This document shows positions 50,164 to 62,400 of a DNA stretch of 64,000 nucleotides, piece by piece (the first letter of the stretch is position 1; the number at the start of each line of letters is the position of its first letter). The notes beneath the pieces were generated by a model. That model did no database searches. It saw only the letters and a program-made list of their open reading frames with translations, and had not been told where the DNA came from. Origin of the DNA: Felis catus (Eukaryota); NCBI RefSeq assembly GCF_018350175.1, contig NC_058368.1, forward strand, positions 91,328,001 through 91,392,000. The letters are read 5' to 3'. The position numbers and the translations under genes are program-made.

Positions 50164-51457
50164 TCTAGTTTGTCTGATGTTGAGTATTACTTTTGACATT
50201 CGTTTGTATGATAATTGTTTCTCAACTTCCTCAATCTGCAGGTGTCTTTATGTCTAACATGAGTCTCTTGTAGGCAATATATAGATGGGTCTTTTTTTCT
50301 TACCCATTGACACCCTTTTTTTTATTGGAGCCCTTAGTCCATTTACATTCAAAATAATTGATATTTGTTTATTGCCATTTTATTACTTGTTTTGTTGTGG
50401 TCTCTACAGATCTTCTCTGATCCTTTGTCTTGGTCACTTTTGGTCTCTTTTTCCCCCCACTCATGTAGTCATCTTTAATATTTCTTGTAGGGCTAGTTTA
50501 GTGGTCACAAACTCCTTTAGTTTTTATTTGGGACACACTATCTCTCTATTCTGAATGAGTAGGCCTTTCTAGGTAGAGTATTCTTGGCTACTGTATTTTC
50601 CTATTCAGCACTTTGAATATATCATGCCATTCCCTGCCAAGTTTCTGTTGAGAAATCTGCAGTTAGCCTTATGGGGTTTTCTCTTGTTAAGAACTTTTGT
50701 CTTGCTGCTTTTAAGATTTTTTAATCACTTTGTTTTACAAATATGCCTTAATGTGGGTTGCTTTTGTTGATTTTGATGGGAGTTCTCTGTGCCTTCTGGA
50801 TCTGGATATCTGTTTCCTTCCCCAAATTAGAAAAGTTTTTAGCTATTATTTCTTCAAGTACATTTTCTGGCCCCTTTTCTCACTCTTCTTCTGGGACTCC
50901 TAGAATATGAATGTTATTATGTTTGTTTGATGGAGTCACTGAATTTCCCAAGTCTATTCTCATGTTGCATAATTCTCTCTTGTTCAGCTTCATCATTTTT
51001 CATTATTTTTTCTTCTATATCACCTATTCATTCTTCTTCCAGACTGCTGTTCATTGCATCTCCAGTCTGATTCACTGCATTCTTCATTTCTGATTTTTTT
51101 TAACTCTTATCTCTGTGGTAAGGGTCTCACTGATGTCTTCCATTCTTTTCTCAAGCCCAGTGAGTATCCTTATGATTGTTGCTTTAAATTATCCATGAAC
51201 CACGTTACTTATGTCTGTTTCACATAGATCTCTGGCCGTGTCCTTATCTTGTTCTTTCATTTGGGATGGATTCCTCCATCTTGGAACTTTGTCTAAGTCT
51301 TTGCCTTCTTCTATATGGTCTCCTCTCCCCCCTTTAATTGTAGAATTTGTTCTGTCAGACTTCAGGTCAATTTCTTGGGTATTTAGGATGATTTGATCTA
51401 GTTGTGTTTGTGGAATGAGACAAGCCTAGGGTCCTCCTACTCTGCTGCCATCTTCTG
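50164..51457 (-). mobile_element. Carnivore L1 5' part whose 5'UTR is reduced to ~150 nt fused directly to the ORF1 leader
   Basis: 5' start AAGATGGCAGCAGAGTAGGAGGACCCTAGG; ORF1 and endonuclease-start sequence colinear with the 22-27 kb L1, but most of the 5'UTR is absent. Confidence 0.85.
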
Positions 51458-52494
51458 GAAAAATAATTTTTAATATTTTAAGAGGTATGCTTGTGTGTTA
51501 GAGCCAGGCACCTGCTGGAGTTAAGGCTCTACCCTCCCAGGATGATGGTGGCATAGGGGGTTCCACCTTCCTTGATTACAATTAAGAAGACTTTCTGTGT
51601 GAATAATTTCTGAAGTTTCTCAATGGCATATTTGAAGTTAGAAGGACACTCTGTGTGAAATGCAGTTTTATAGAGATGGCTCCCAGGTACTAGAGAAAGG
51701 CATTCTGGATCTATGAAAAGCTGGCAAGAAGGTTATTTGGCTTTTAAAAATATTATATACCAAAGGACAGAGAAAGAATTTGCAGATACAGGTGTTCTTT
51801 AAAAAATGCTCTGAAAGAAAAAGGAGGGTAGTATCTTTCCTGTTTGGCACCAGAAAATGAATTTATTTTTCAATTTGCACTAACCATTATACCTGAAGAT
51901 AATTCAATGACTCCTCTTCCTGGCTGCTCTTCAACCTCACCCCCACCCCCCAATTCAGCCACTCCTTCCTCCCCTCTGTAAGTCTGTTCTTGGATTCCTG
52001 GCTGCCTTCCCCTCCTCATATTCTCATCCCTATTTCCTTACTTCAGGGAGACCTCCCCCCACTCTTTGCCTGGATCCCCTCCTCACTGCATCCTGGAAGC
52101 TTAGCAGGCTCTGAGCTGGGCACCCCAACCTGCTTCCTGCCTCCGGATACTGTCCTTTATCTTTTTGCCCAGTGTTTGAGACATGCAGATAATGTCATTC
52201 ATCTGGCTTTTTATGTGTTCAATGCTGGAGGGAATCTGGATCTTGTTATTGCATCATAGGCAGAAGGGGAAGCTCTGTAAGAATTTTGAGGCAAATTATT
52301 GATTCCTAACTTGGGACTGAGGTTCTTCATTACTTTAAAATGACATGTTTCTCAGTTCTTAGTGTTAATAAAGTCATTATTTTCAATATTATATTTTAAT
52401 TTATAATGGCTTGCCTGTGAATCTGCTATTTCATGTTAAACAATCTATTTTTTACATTAGGTGACTCTTCACAGAAATCTAAAATTCTAACATA

Positions 52495-52670
52495 GGGGCC
52501 CCTGGGTGGCTCAGTCAGTTAAGCATCCAACTCTGGATTTCGGCTCATGATCCCAGAGTTAGGAGATTGAGCCCCATGTTGGGCTCCATGCTGGCAGCAC
52601 AGAGCCTGCTTGGGATTCTCCTCTTTCCCCCCCTCTCTCCCCCCTTTCTCTCTCAAATAAGCTTAAAAAA
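52495..52670 (+). mobile_element. CAN-SINE
   Basis: TSD AAAATTCTAACA. Confidence 0.92.
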
Positions 52671-52762
52671 TTCTAACACAGAATGGAAGAAAAAGAAACA
52701 AGGTTTTCTTTGTGGTCACAACAATTGAACAGACACTTTTTTTCCTCTCTCTGTATTTCCAG

Positions 52763-55700
52763 TCCTAGCCTCAACACCTTCATCAGCCCTAAGTTCCCCT
52801 CCCAGCCCATAGGGCAGCTGCGAGGATGACAGGCCTGTGACTCCACATACCTGGAGCTCTGACTTTGTCCACAAAATCCTGGCGACCTAAAGGAGAACAA
52901 GGCCTTTCATGAGGACAGTTGACACTCCCTGAAACAAAGGAAGATCCCTTCTAGATCAGTAATTACAATCCTTTTAACTGAAGGCTTTCAGACTTCTATT
53001 CATTATTAAGCAATATCCAGGCACAGAGATGCTTCCTGACATACCCGTGAGTAGAGGTATTGGACATTGCTTCTCCTAGTGATGCCAGTTCCTGACATTC
53101 CCATTTAAAGATTTATCATCTCCCACCAGCAGACATAAAGGCATGTGTGGGCCTTGTCAGTGTAGAAGGAGAATCTCTGAAAACCACTCAGATACACAGT
53201 CATGCCAAGGTGCATCCACATTTCTCTGTCCCTTCTAGACCAGTCCTTGGAGAGACCAGGAAACCTAGAGTTTCTTACAAGAATAGGGAATCTTTGGAAA
53301 TGAGTTTCATCTTGAGACAAAGGAGAAGAATCCCGTCCTGACAAAGATGATTCCTTTGTGCCCAAGCCCAGGGCCATAGAGAAGAGCTGGCGACAGTGTC
53401 CCCAGATGCTGATGGTTTTGCAGGACTTACACGGGACTATACAGAAGGCCAACAAATGAACCCTGGCCCATAGTTATGGAGAAGCCCTGCAGTAGACCCT
53501 AGGTCTCAGGTAGGTTTCTTCTATATTGAACTTTATGGCTCTTAAGTGACCAACATGGGCTGGCCCAGCCATCACACTGTGCCCTGAGCAGAGTGCAGAA
53601 TTAAAAGACCAGCTTCTGCCCGTGGTCCCGTCTTCATGAGACTGGAAAGGACTTATCACAGAGTTTGTCCTTCTATAACTGGGGCCCAAAGCAATGGTGC
53701 TGAGGAGCTCATGGCCCCTGTGGAAGGCAAGTTCAGAGGCAGTGATCCAGGAAGAGGGTTTGGGCCATTTAAGCCAGCCCTGAAGGGGTCTGTTCCACTC
53801 AGCAATTTCCTGTGCACATGAACTTCTCCTTCCCAGGACCAGCTCCAAGCCCATCCACATTCCAGTGTCAAGCTCCGAGTCCCCTGACAAGTGAAATATA
53901 TTGAAGACATCCAAGTACTAAGATGGGTTTCATGAACTTTGGGTCCTGCCTGGTCATCTCTGCATTCATTTCCCATACTTGTGCTGGCAGACCTCATGCC
54001 CCAGCAGAAGATGTGGACTTCTCCTGACTCTGAATCAGGTCTTGAACTTAAAGACCATTTAAATGTGATGCTGTCTGCACTTGAGACAGTTGAAAAAATC
54101 ACAGTTCCTATGCACATGATTCCTTCCCTTCCACAACCCGAGGTCATGAAAATATCGTGTGAAATTGTAAGAAGTGGCCCTCATCACTTTTCATCCTGGT
54201 GTCAGTGGCTTGGGTGGGACCCAGAATTATACTGAGAAAAAAATATAGAGGCCAAGGGACAGAGAGGGAGCCCAGATTCCAGGTGCCTGGAGATATGCCA
54301 TCCCTCCCTCCCCACTCTCTTATTCATTATTAGTGCTCAGAGGCCCAGTGACCAACATGTGAAAACTTGTACATTCAGAGAGGAGAGGCTTCAATCCTGC
54401 CTTCAGCATTTTCTAGCAGAAGCAGCATCTTCCTTTAACATTATTGATCCTCAAAACCATTTCAAATTGGAACTGAAATTTCTAGAAGCAGCAGAAGCTT
54501 TGGGATAATATTATCTTTATAAGTATTTGTATCTCTTATATTGCAAATTCACTGTCTCTTACACCTATTTCTGTACATTTTCTGGGAGAAACCTATCAAA
54601 ATGAGTGTTTTTGTAGAAAATCTTGACTTAGCTAGTCTTTCTTTTGAAAAACTTTATTATACACAATCACATTTCTATTACCAAAAAAAAATTAGAAAAT
54701 AATTAGAATTGCAATCCTTTGGGAAAAGAAAAGATTTGTAGTCCTTTGACAAATGCTCCATGAGGATTATAAGCTTTGAGAGAACAGAGTTGCTAGAGGG
54801 TGCCTATGAATGGCAACATTTAAAAAAAATGAACGTTCTTGGGGACAGGAGCCTCTGTCTAGTGTGTCTAAGGCCAGACAGAGGGATTCTGTTAGGAACT
54901 GATGAGGTAGGCAGTTTATTCACAGATAAGTGACTGGAATGGGTGCAGGAAAATCTGCTGGGACTTGAGAGCAGCCACCTGTCTGAGCCCCTCCCCCCAC
55001 CCCCGGTGGGGCATCTCAGTCTCAGTCTCAAGAGTTCCTCGGTCAGGCCCTAGTCCTCTGCCCCAAGTCACAGGGATTCTCATAAAACTCTTCAACTTCT
55101 CAAGAAAAACAAAAACAGAAAAACCTGACCATTTGAACCCTTCTAAAGCTGAGCTTTTCCATCCCGATTGTGGATTAAAATCACCTGAGACTTGGGGCGC
55201 CTGGGTGGCTCAGTAGGTTAAGCGTCCGACTTCAGCTCAGGTCACAATCTTGAGGTCCGTGAGTTTGAGCCCCGTGTCGGGCTCTGGGCTGATGGCTCAG
55301 AGCCTGGAGCCTGCTTCCGATTCTGTCTCCCTCTCTTTCTGCCCCTCCCCCGTTCATGCTCTGTCTCAAAAATAAACGTTAAATTTTTTTTTTTTTTAAA
55401 ACACCTGAGACCTTTAGCACTGACACTATGGATCCTTCCTGGATCATCACATCAGAATCACTTGCAAAGGGACCCCATCACCACTGTGAAAGTCTCTCCA
55501 GGCAGTTCTAGTCTACTGCCTGGGTGGGACTCGGTTACTAAATTCCCTGATCCTTCCTGCAGCACAGTGGGGTGGGAAAGACCAAGGAGGCCCCTGCATC
55601 AGGTGTAGCTCATGAGAAGGTATGTTCCTCTAAAGGAGATCTCTACCCAGACTGTGTTGGATCACTCAGACACTTTGTACAAACATGTATCCCTGGGCCT

Positions 55701-56050
55701 CAGGCCCAAAATAATTAAGTCTGAAACACTGGGATGCACTTTTAAGAAAGAAGTCCACTGTAGCATCAGGGCTGAGAAACCATTCTACATCTGATTTCAC
55801 TTACAGACATGATCCATGATCTGACTGAGCTTGGAGACCAGTGGGAGAGGTGTACTTGGCCAAGGGGCTGCACTGGGATTTACTAAGAGTTGGCTGTGGC
55901 CCAGGACAGAACGAGGGGGCAGTGCCTAGGAGGGTGTCCTCTGAGAAAGCCTCTATGCACAGGTGTCTGATACCTGAGTCAGAGGAGCCAGCTCAATGAC
56001 TGGCATTTGTTGGTGATGAACAGCTAACACAGAAGGAGCAAAGTTTCCAA
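52763..56050 (+). pseudogene. Copy A of a diverged tandem-duplicated gene-like unit (large stop-interrupted exon candidate plus downstream flank)
   Basis: Strong acceptor TTTTTTTCCTCTCTCTGTATTTCCAG at 52762; colinear similarity to 60260-63320 from about 53960 onward; residual ORF 53939-54235. Confidence 0.4.
55194..55397 (+). mobile_element. CAN-SINE inserted in a MER5-like hAT remnant
   Basis: TSD AAAATCACCTGAGAC / AAAACACCTGAGAC; the paralogous site at ~62505-62525 is empty. Confidence 0.92.
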
Positions 56051-56430
56051 GGCAATGTCTTCCTGAATACATCGAGCACGCTTTTGCCTCAAGAACTTTT
56101 GCAGTTAGCACATAACGCTCAATATTGCTCTGCGATCACTGCCTTCATTGTGGTCAGACACACCCTCTCTGTTATAGGACCTCATAAACTAGTATTGGAT
56201 TGGGCGAGTGATTTAGGAGATGTCACTCAAGTCCTGAGTCCTTAAATTAACCACATTGGACTCATGAATTGGCCTGACTCAGGTGGGTGAGATAAAAATC
56301 CTCCTTTGCAGTACAAGATACCAAGACTCAGGGATGGGTCCAGATCAGGGCACGTGGGAGTGCTGAGACACCCCCCCCACCCCCCGCAAACCTTTTTCCT
56401 GGAACTGAGGTCTTGATGCCCAGGACTCAC

Positions 56431-56551
56431 CCCTGGGGCAGACACAGGTTCTGAAGGGAATCATCCTACTGCGGGCTGACCATTCTGCCTGCATGTGAGA
56501 TGGGTCGAACTCAATCACATCCAAGCCCTTTACTAGCAGCTGGGTCTCCAC
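56431..56551 (-). other. Isolated exon candidate (121 nt, open in phase 0: VETQLLVKGLDVIEFDPSHMQAEWSARSRMIPFRTCVCPR)
   Basis: Acceptor TGTCTCTGTTGCAG| and donor GGG|GTGAGT on the minus strand. Confidence 0.3.
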
Positions 56552-58079
56552 CTGCAACAGAGACAGCCAACACAAAAGGACAGAGGACAAACACATTCCT
56601 ACACTAGGGAACTCCTGACTCCCTAAATTCCAGAAAATCAGAGTGTGGGCTCGAAGTGCCCTAAATGCATCTCCAGGCAGCAGCAGGGCTGCATCACAGG
56701 GAAAACTAACAAAATGGAAGGAAGTCCAGGGAGGCAGCTTCCTGTGGCTTTATGGAAAGACAGCTGGATTATCTTATTACACATTTTTACATCTAAGAAA
56801 TATGTGCTGTGCACAGTTCTGTATTTTACAAATATGGATGTTTTTGATCCTTGAGACATGCCTGGTGGACGATGCTATTACTACCCTCATTGGCAGAGCA
56901 GGTGTTAGCCTCCTTGACCCAGCTGCACTTCTCAGAGCTGGAGACAGACTCTCAGCAGTGAGGCCCCAGCACACAAAGCTGCTACATGCTGCTCCTGACA
57001 CCTTCCTGGGCTGGTCCTGCAACATTCCTAATGTTAAGGGGACTGTGGGCCTGCTGTGATCTGTGGGCTCCCTCACTCTGTTCTGCATCTCCAATATTCC
57101 ATTTATATCTTGATGATGTTCTTGTCCTACCTCCTGTGCTCATACTCTGTGGATGCTTGATCACGGCAGTCTATTTATCAGAGATGCTTTCAAGTCCCCT
57201 ACTGATTCCACCCTCTGTCATTTCCCACCGATTCTGTTTGTAGTGAGTTGTGTGCCTGTTGATCTTAAAAACACATCAGCATAGGAGATTTTTCTTGTTG
57301 CGACTTGGATAATTTGGTGCCTTTCAATAATATTGGCTTTGTTCTGTGGTGAAGTTAAGTACTGTGAAGGAGACTGATTTCACAATTTTGTGAAAACATT
57401 GTATTTTGCTTTGCTTCAGATGGTCTGAGCTAGGACTTCCAGGAAAGTGAAAGAGCAGGAAGAACTGATGGAAAATCCACATGGGGAAATGCACAAAGGT
57501 GAGGATCCTGAACAGAAGATTTAAAACACCTCCAGGATCCAGTGTTTACCAAATACTCTTTAGGAGCCACACTTAAAACAGGAATGAGCTGGTCCCACTG
57601 GGCCACATGATGGACCCAGAGGAGAGTGCTCATACAGACATCCCCTGCCTCCTCCACAGCAAGGCAGACTGGCCCACCACAGAAACCCAATCCACAATGA
57701 ACACAGGTGACACTCAGTGAGCTCAGAGACCCTTTACTACCTAAGGCAGGATCCTAGCCCCAAGAGAAAAAAAAAGTCAAGATGAAGGATAAAGAGGAGC
57801 TGGAAAAGAAACTTCCAGAGGTTGACAGATTTTCAAACTCATTGAAGATAATGTGCCCTCTGTGACCAACATGCCTTGGGACTGGCATGGGACAGATATC
57901 AGGAACGGGAGCTAGACTAGACCCAGAGCTGAACCAAGAGAGAAAAGAGGAAATTGGTGGTCTAGCTCCTTTGAGAAGCACAACGTGGACAAGAAACCCA
58001 TGGAAAAGGGTCCATGGTCTGCCAGGGAGTTGAACAATTCCATCCAAAAAAAGTTTGCTGGGTCTTCTGGCTGGGAAGA

Positions 58080-58502
58080 TGTTGGGGGAGAGGATCAAGA
58101 GGAGTGGCCCCTGGTTGACCCTCCACCAGTACCTGGGCAGTCAAAGCCTTCTCACCTCCTCCCTTGTCCTTGGAATGTACACCCTGCTTAGTGTCTCCAC
58201 TGTGGGAGCTGTTCCAAGGACATAACTTTTGAGAGTATAAGGTGTTGAGAACAATTAAATGGCATACAAGACTGAACCAAGTTAAAACCTCTCTATAAAC
58301 TTTAAACATTTGTCAGGTGGGTGCAGAGATCTACTTGTTTTGTGGCCACCTAAAACAAGCCTCTCATATATGTTCCCTTGTTTATTAAACCTGCTACCTA
58401 CTATCTGGAGTGGTCTGCCTCTTTTCTCCATCTCTCCTTGCCCTCTGTATATGGAACTTCAGATTACTTGGACCAAGAAGTCCAAGTAGATTGGGACCAA
58501 CA
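58080..58502 (+). mobile_element. Solo LTR, same family as 46196-46582
   Basis: TGTT...AACA termini, TATAAA and ATTAAA signals; shared blocks GTCCTTGGAATGT, CCAAGGACATA, AAACCTGC.ACCT and CTGGAGT. Confidence 0.72.
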
Positions 58503-59424
58503 GAGGCGCTAATTCTGAGGAAGCCAGAAGATAAGAAAATTGCTCAGTGTACCTCACCCTGATAGGGGAGCCCAGATTGAGGCTTAGTGGCTGTTTCCCA
58601 GGGAGTCAGGTTCCAGGCTTGCTGGGGGTATTGAAAAGAGGCTGAGGCTGAAACAGATGCCCGTAGACTCTAGGTACCCAAGTATGGCTAGCATTCTGAA
58701 ACTCTTCTGCAGAGACTGTATAGAAGCCTCAGCCCCAGGCACCACCAGGGAATCAAGGCCCTGCATCCCTGAGGACCCCCTATGCAAGTCTGGGACATCC
58801 TGAGGTGAGGTTTAAAATCCAGATACCCACTGAACCACTTTTTTCCTATCTGCCACTGGACCCCAGGGACATTTCTGCATCATGTGATAGTATGGAATGT
58901 ACTCACAGTATCAAAGGTTCGCCATGGTGCTGTGTTTCAGGATGAGCCAGAGTTCATTCACCTTCCTCTAGAAACCTACCAGGGTGTGTGAGATATGCCC
59001 AGGAAGTGGACCTGACAAAGGAGCACTCACTGGGCTGAGCCGATGCCAACCAGGCTTTGCCAGACAGACCATATGGACAGAGTGGTACCCTACCTCCCCA
59101 GTCAGGTGGCACCTATTGAATACTAAACCCTAGAGGAACTTCTGGAAGGGGCACTGCCCAATGAAGTGCACAGGACCCATCCTTAAAGACAACTGCAGAT
59201 AGGTCACTGGGATCACCCATGTTAGACCAAATCTATCCATATTAGAGAAAATAGGTTACTTCTTTGGCCAAAGAGGCTAGGCTATCAAGAAGCTTTGGGA
59301 ATACTTTCAAAATGTGGTCCAATATATAGACATTGAGTTTCCATCCAGGTTTTTGTGAATGGTTTTCTTGAAAGTTATTTGAACACGTGAATCTAGACTC
59401 GCCCATCTTCCCTCTGGTCCACAG

Positions 59425-62400
59425 CACACCATCTCCCAGTCTTCCAGTCAAAGCCCAGCTCAGGTGCAGGTGTGCAAGGACTGGCAGAGGAGGACAAAGG
59501 CACTGATCCTAGAATCAACAGGGGCAGTGGTCGAGTTGGGTCCACTCCATCCACAGGCAGCCCTGGAAATCCACCAGGACACAGAGCTGCAGAGACAGCT
59601 CTCAGAAGGGAGGCTGATGGCTTCAGTTACATTCTAGGACCTCTAAGCTCAGCCCCATGCAAGTGGCTTCCCTGTGGAAAGCGGGGAGCAGCCTGGAAAC
59701 TACCAACCCTCACATGGCTGGGGGCTGATGAGCTGACACTGGGTGACTTGAGTCTGAAGAGGCATGTGGATCCAGAACCTCAGGCAAGAGGCAAGTGGGA
59801 TCTCTTTGGCCCATGTTCAAGGTCCATGGCCAGAAATTTCACTACCTCCCAGAGTTCTGTCACACCTGGAAGGCCATCAGCAGACAACTCAATGAACACT
59901 GCCTAAGAGAAGGCTGGACAGGGCACACCTGATTGCCAAGTGGAAACAGCAAGGTCATGAAGTCTGCATCACCTGCAATGTACTCAGACTCCCAATTCCA
60001 ACTTTGAAATCGGCTGCCTTTGCCAAGTTCCCCAAGCAAGTGGGATGGGTCACATTCATGGACTGCAGTCTTCATAGCTGCAGAAGCTGCCGTAGCTGAG
60101 GCCACTCTGGCCCTGACTCCTACTTCGCTCTGTTCTTTGAACTTTAAGTATGACCAGGGCCCCTCAGAGGCTCAGGGGACCCAGTATGTGATAGGTGATG
60201 AGGATCTCCAGGACCCAGTCAGTCACCCAGGGCCTGAGTCTTCCCTAGTCCCCAACACGTCCATCTCCTGAGTTTATACCCAAGTGAAGCTGCCAGCTCT
60301 CCCCAGGAGCAGAACTAAAATTCTCCTGTGAACCATATCTGGAGGATTTGAGATTCTCTAGAATATCTTGATTCCATTGGAGAGACAAGATATTAGCACA
60401 GTCCCCTGTAGCCATGAACTCTTCCTTCCCCAAGGCCAGTGTCATGAGATAGAATCTCCAATGGAAACAAGACAAGCTTTATCTCCTTCTCCTTGGTGGC
60501 CGTGATTAGAGGAGAGAGACTGGGAAGCCAAGGAGCTGGGAGGGGGCTCAGCTTTCTGGGGCCTGGAGATCAGTCACCCTTCTCCGGCTGGTATCATCAT
60601 TCATTCTTAGTGCTCAGAGCTTCATGAACCTTCAAGGAGTAACTTGCACATTCCAAGAGGATAGCTCTTCCATCCCGCCTTCTGCATTTTCCAGCAGGGC
60701 AGCATCGACCATTCATTTACCAGTAGAGTGCCTCATCCTCTCATTGACATTGAGCTGAGGTTTCTTAAATACTCTGACTCATTAGACTGTTTCTGTGCTG
60801 TGTATATGCACACCTGTATATTGGATATGTTGGGTCACTGTGTCTTGCATCTGTTTCTCCAATTCTGCTGAGAAGTGAATTTTTTCCCCTCCCAGTTTAG
60901 ATCCCAACTTACCTGAATCATTCTCTTGAAAAACTGCCATTAACAATTCATCACTCTATTACTAAGAAGATCATAATCACTAGGATTCAGTCTTTTGACA
61001 AATATTGCTTTCCTATGCAGAACATTAACTGCAGGAAAACTGAGCTGGCTTAGTGGTCATCAGAGGACACCTGTGAATGGCCAGGATATGAAAAGGAACA
61101 TCCTCAGGGACTTGGACCCTCTGTCTTGTGTGCCAAAGCCCAGAGAGGGACTCTGCTAGGACCCATGGAGTGGGCAAGCCCCCTAAAGATTAGTCAGTAA
61201 TCATGGGCTCAGATACATGTGGGGGGACTAGAGTCTAGTCACCGTGTCTCTGAGCTTGTCCCCCTGGAAGGATCTCTGAACAAGTGGAAGCATTGCTGGC
61301 TGAACCTAACTAGTCCTGGGCTCCAAGTACTTGTCCCACCAAGCTGTTCAAAGATTTTTCTTCCAGGGCACAGAAAGGAGTATCAACCCCAGGTTCACCA
61401 GGACCTGTATTCTATCTTGGCTCATAGATAGGTCTTGTACCTACGGTAGCTGTAGGCTGGTACCCTTCCCTGACCCACCACCCACCTAGAGGTCTCTAGA
61501 CACAACTGGCTGCCCTCAGATTTCAAGAAGAATCCAAGGAAGCAGGAATCAACATGATGCTACTCTGACCCAGGTTTGCACCTGGATGACCCTGCAGTCA
61601 AGGCCACCTGGTCCCCACCCCTTCCCCTGAGACCTGTGGGAGGTACCAGATGCCACCAGGGGGCACTAGGGACACCAAAGGGCTGGAGGGTCTATAGTGA
61701 GGGAGGCAAGACTCCTTTAGCAAGGCACCCTCTAGTCTGGGTGAGGCTCCCTCTCAGCACAAAAGTGGTCCCTCTGTGAGTCTGAATCCCCTGACCCCAG
61801 CCTCGTCTCACCGACACTCAGCTTTTCATCACACACTGAGACAATGTTTGAGGCAATTTTAACCCAAATCAGTTTTATTCTCTGCCCCCCTTATCCCTCT
61901 GACCTTTAGTCTCTATTGAAATAGGATTTTCCTTCTGCCATCCAGGAATATGAGGTGACTTGATCTCTCCAAACACTTCCAGTCACTTCCACGGCACTTG
62001 ATAAGCTGTCCTGGGCTCACCCGGGCACCCACAGTTCTGACCTGTAAAGACCTTCCTCCAGGAAAATCTAATATATTCATTCACTTTAAGTGCTTCGCCC
62101 GTAAGATACTAACACAGTGCCCCCTTGTATTCAAGTATTCAGCCAAGAACTTAAATGGATTTACCCGGGCAGATTTTAGCTCAAGTTGTTATAATTTTAC
62201 TAAAAATGTTATTTTACACTGGAAAGACACACAATTTCCTTTACAGTGATCATATGCCATAAGCTTTAAAGCTAGACACAAGCATTTCCTCATGTCCTTA
62301 GAGACCTCTAAAAACACACATTCTCATCAAATCCACACACCCCTCCAGAGTCAATCTCAAGAAGAGTTTCTAGGTATGGCCCTCATCCTCTTTCCCAAAA

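Noticed and set aside
1252..55397. tRNA genes suggested by A/B-box motifs (GGCTCAGTCGG, GAGTTCGAGCCC)
   Set aside because: These are tRNA-derived SINE heads followed by CT tracts and A tails, not complete cloverleafs.
1264..55400. Dozens of 60-130 aa ORFs such as GAWVAQSVKRPTSAQVMISRF.. and GAPGWRSRLSVRLQPGHDLAVREF..
   Set aside because: They are translations of CAN-SINEs and microsatellites, not genes.
51660..60510. Assignment of the duplicated unit to TBC1D3/USP6NL-like, SPATA31, DUX/homeobox or MARK/SMOK-like families
   Set aside because: Only faint few-residue resemblances (e.g. QESERA, GTLPPQ) were found, with no diagnostic motif; not supportable without an HMM search.
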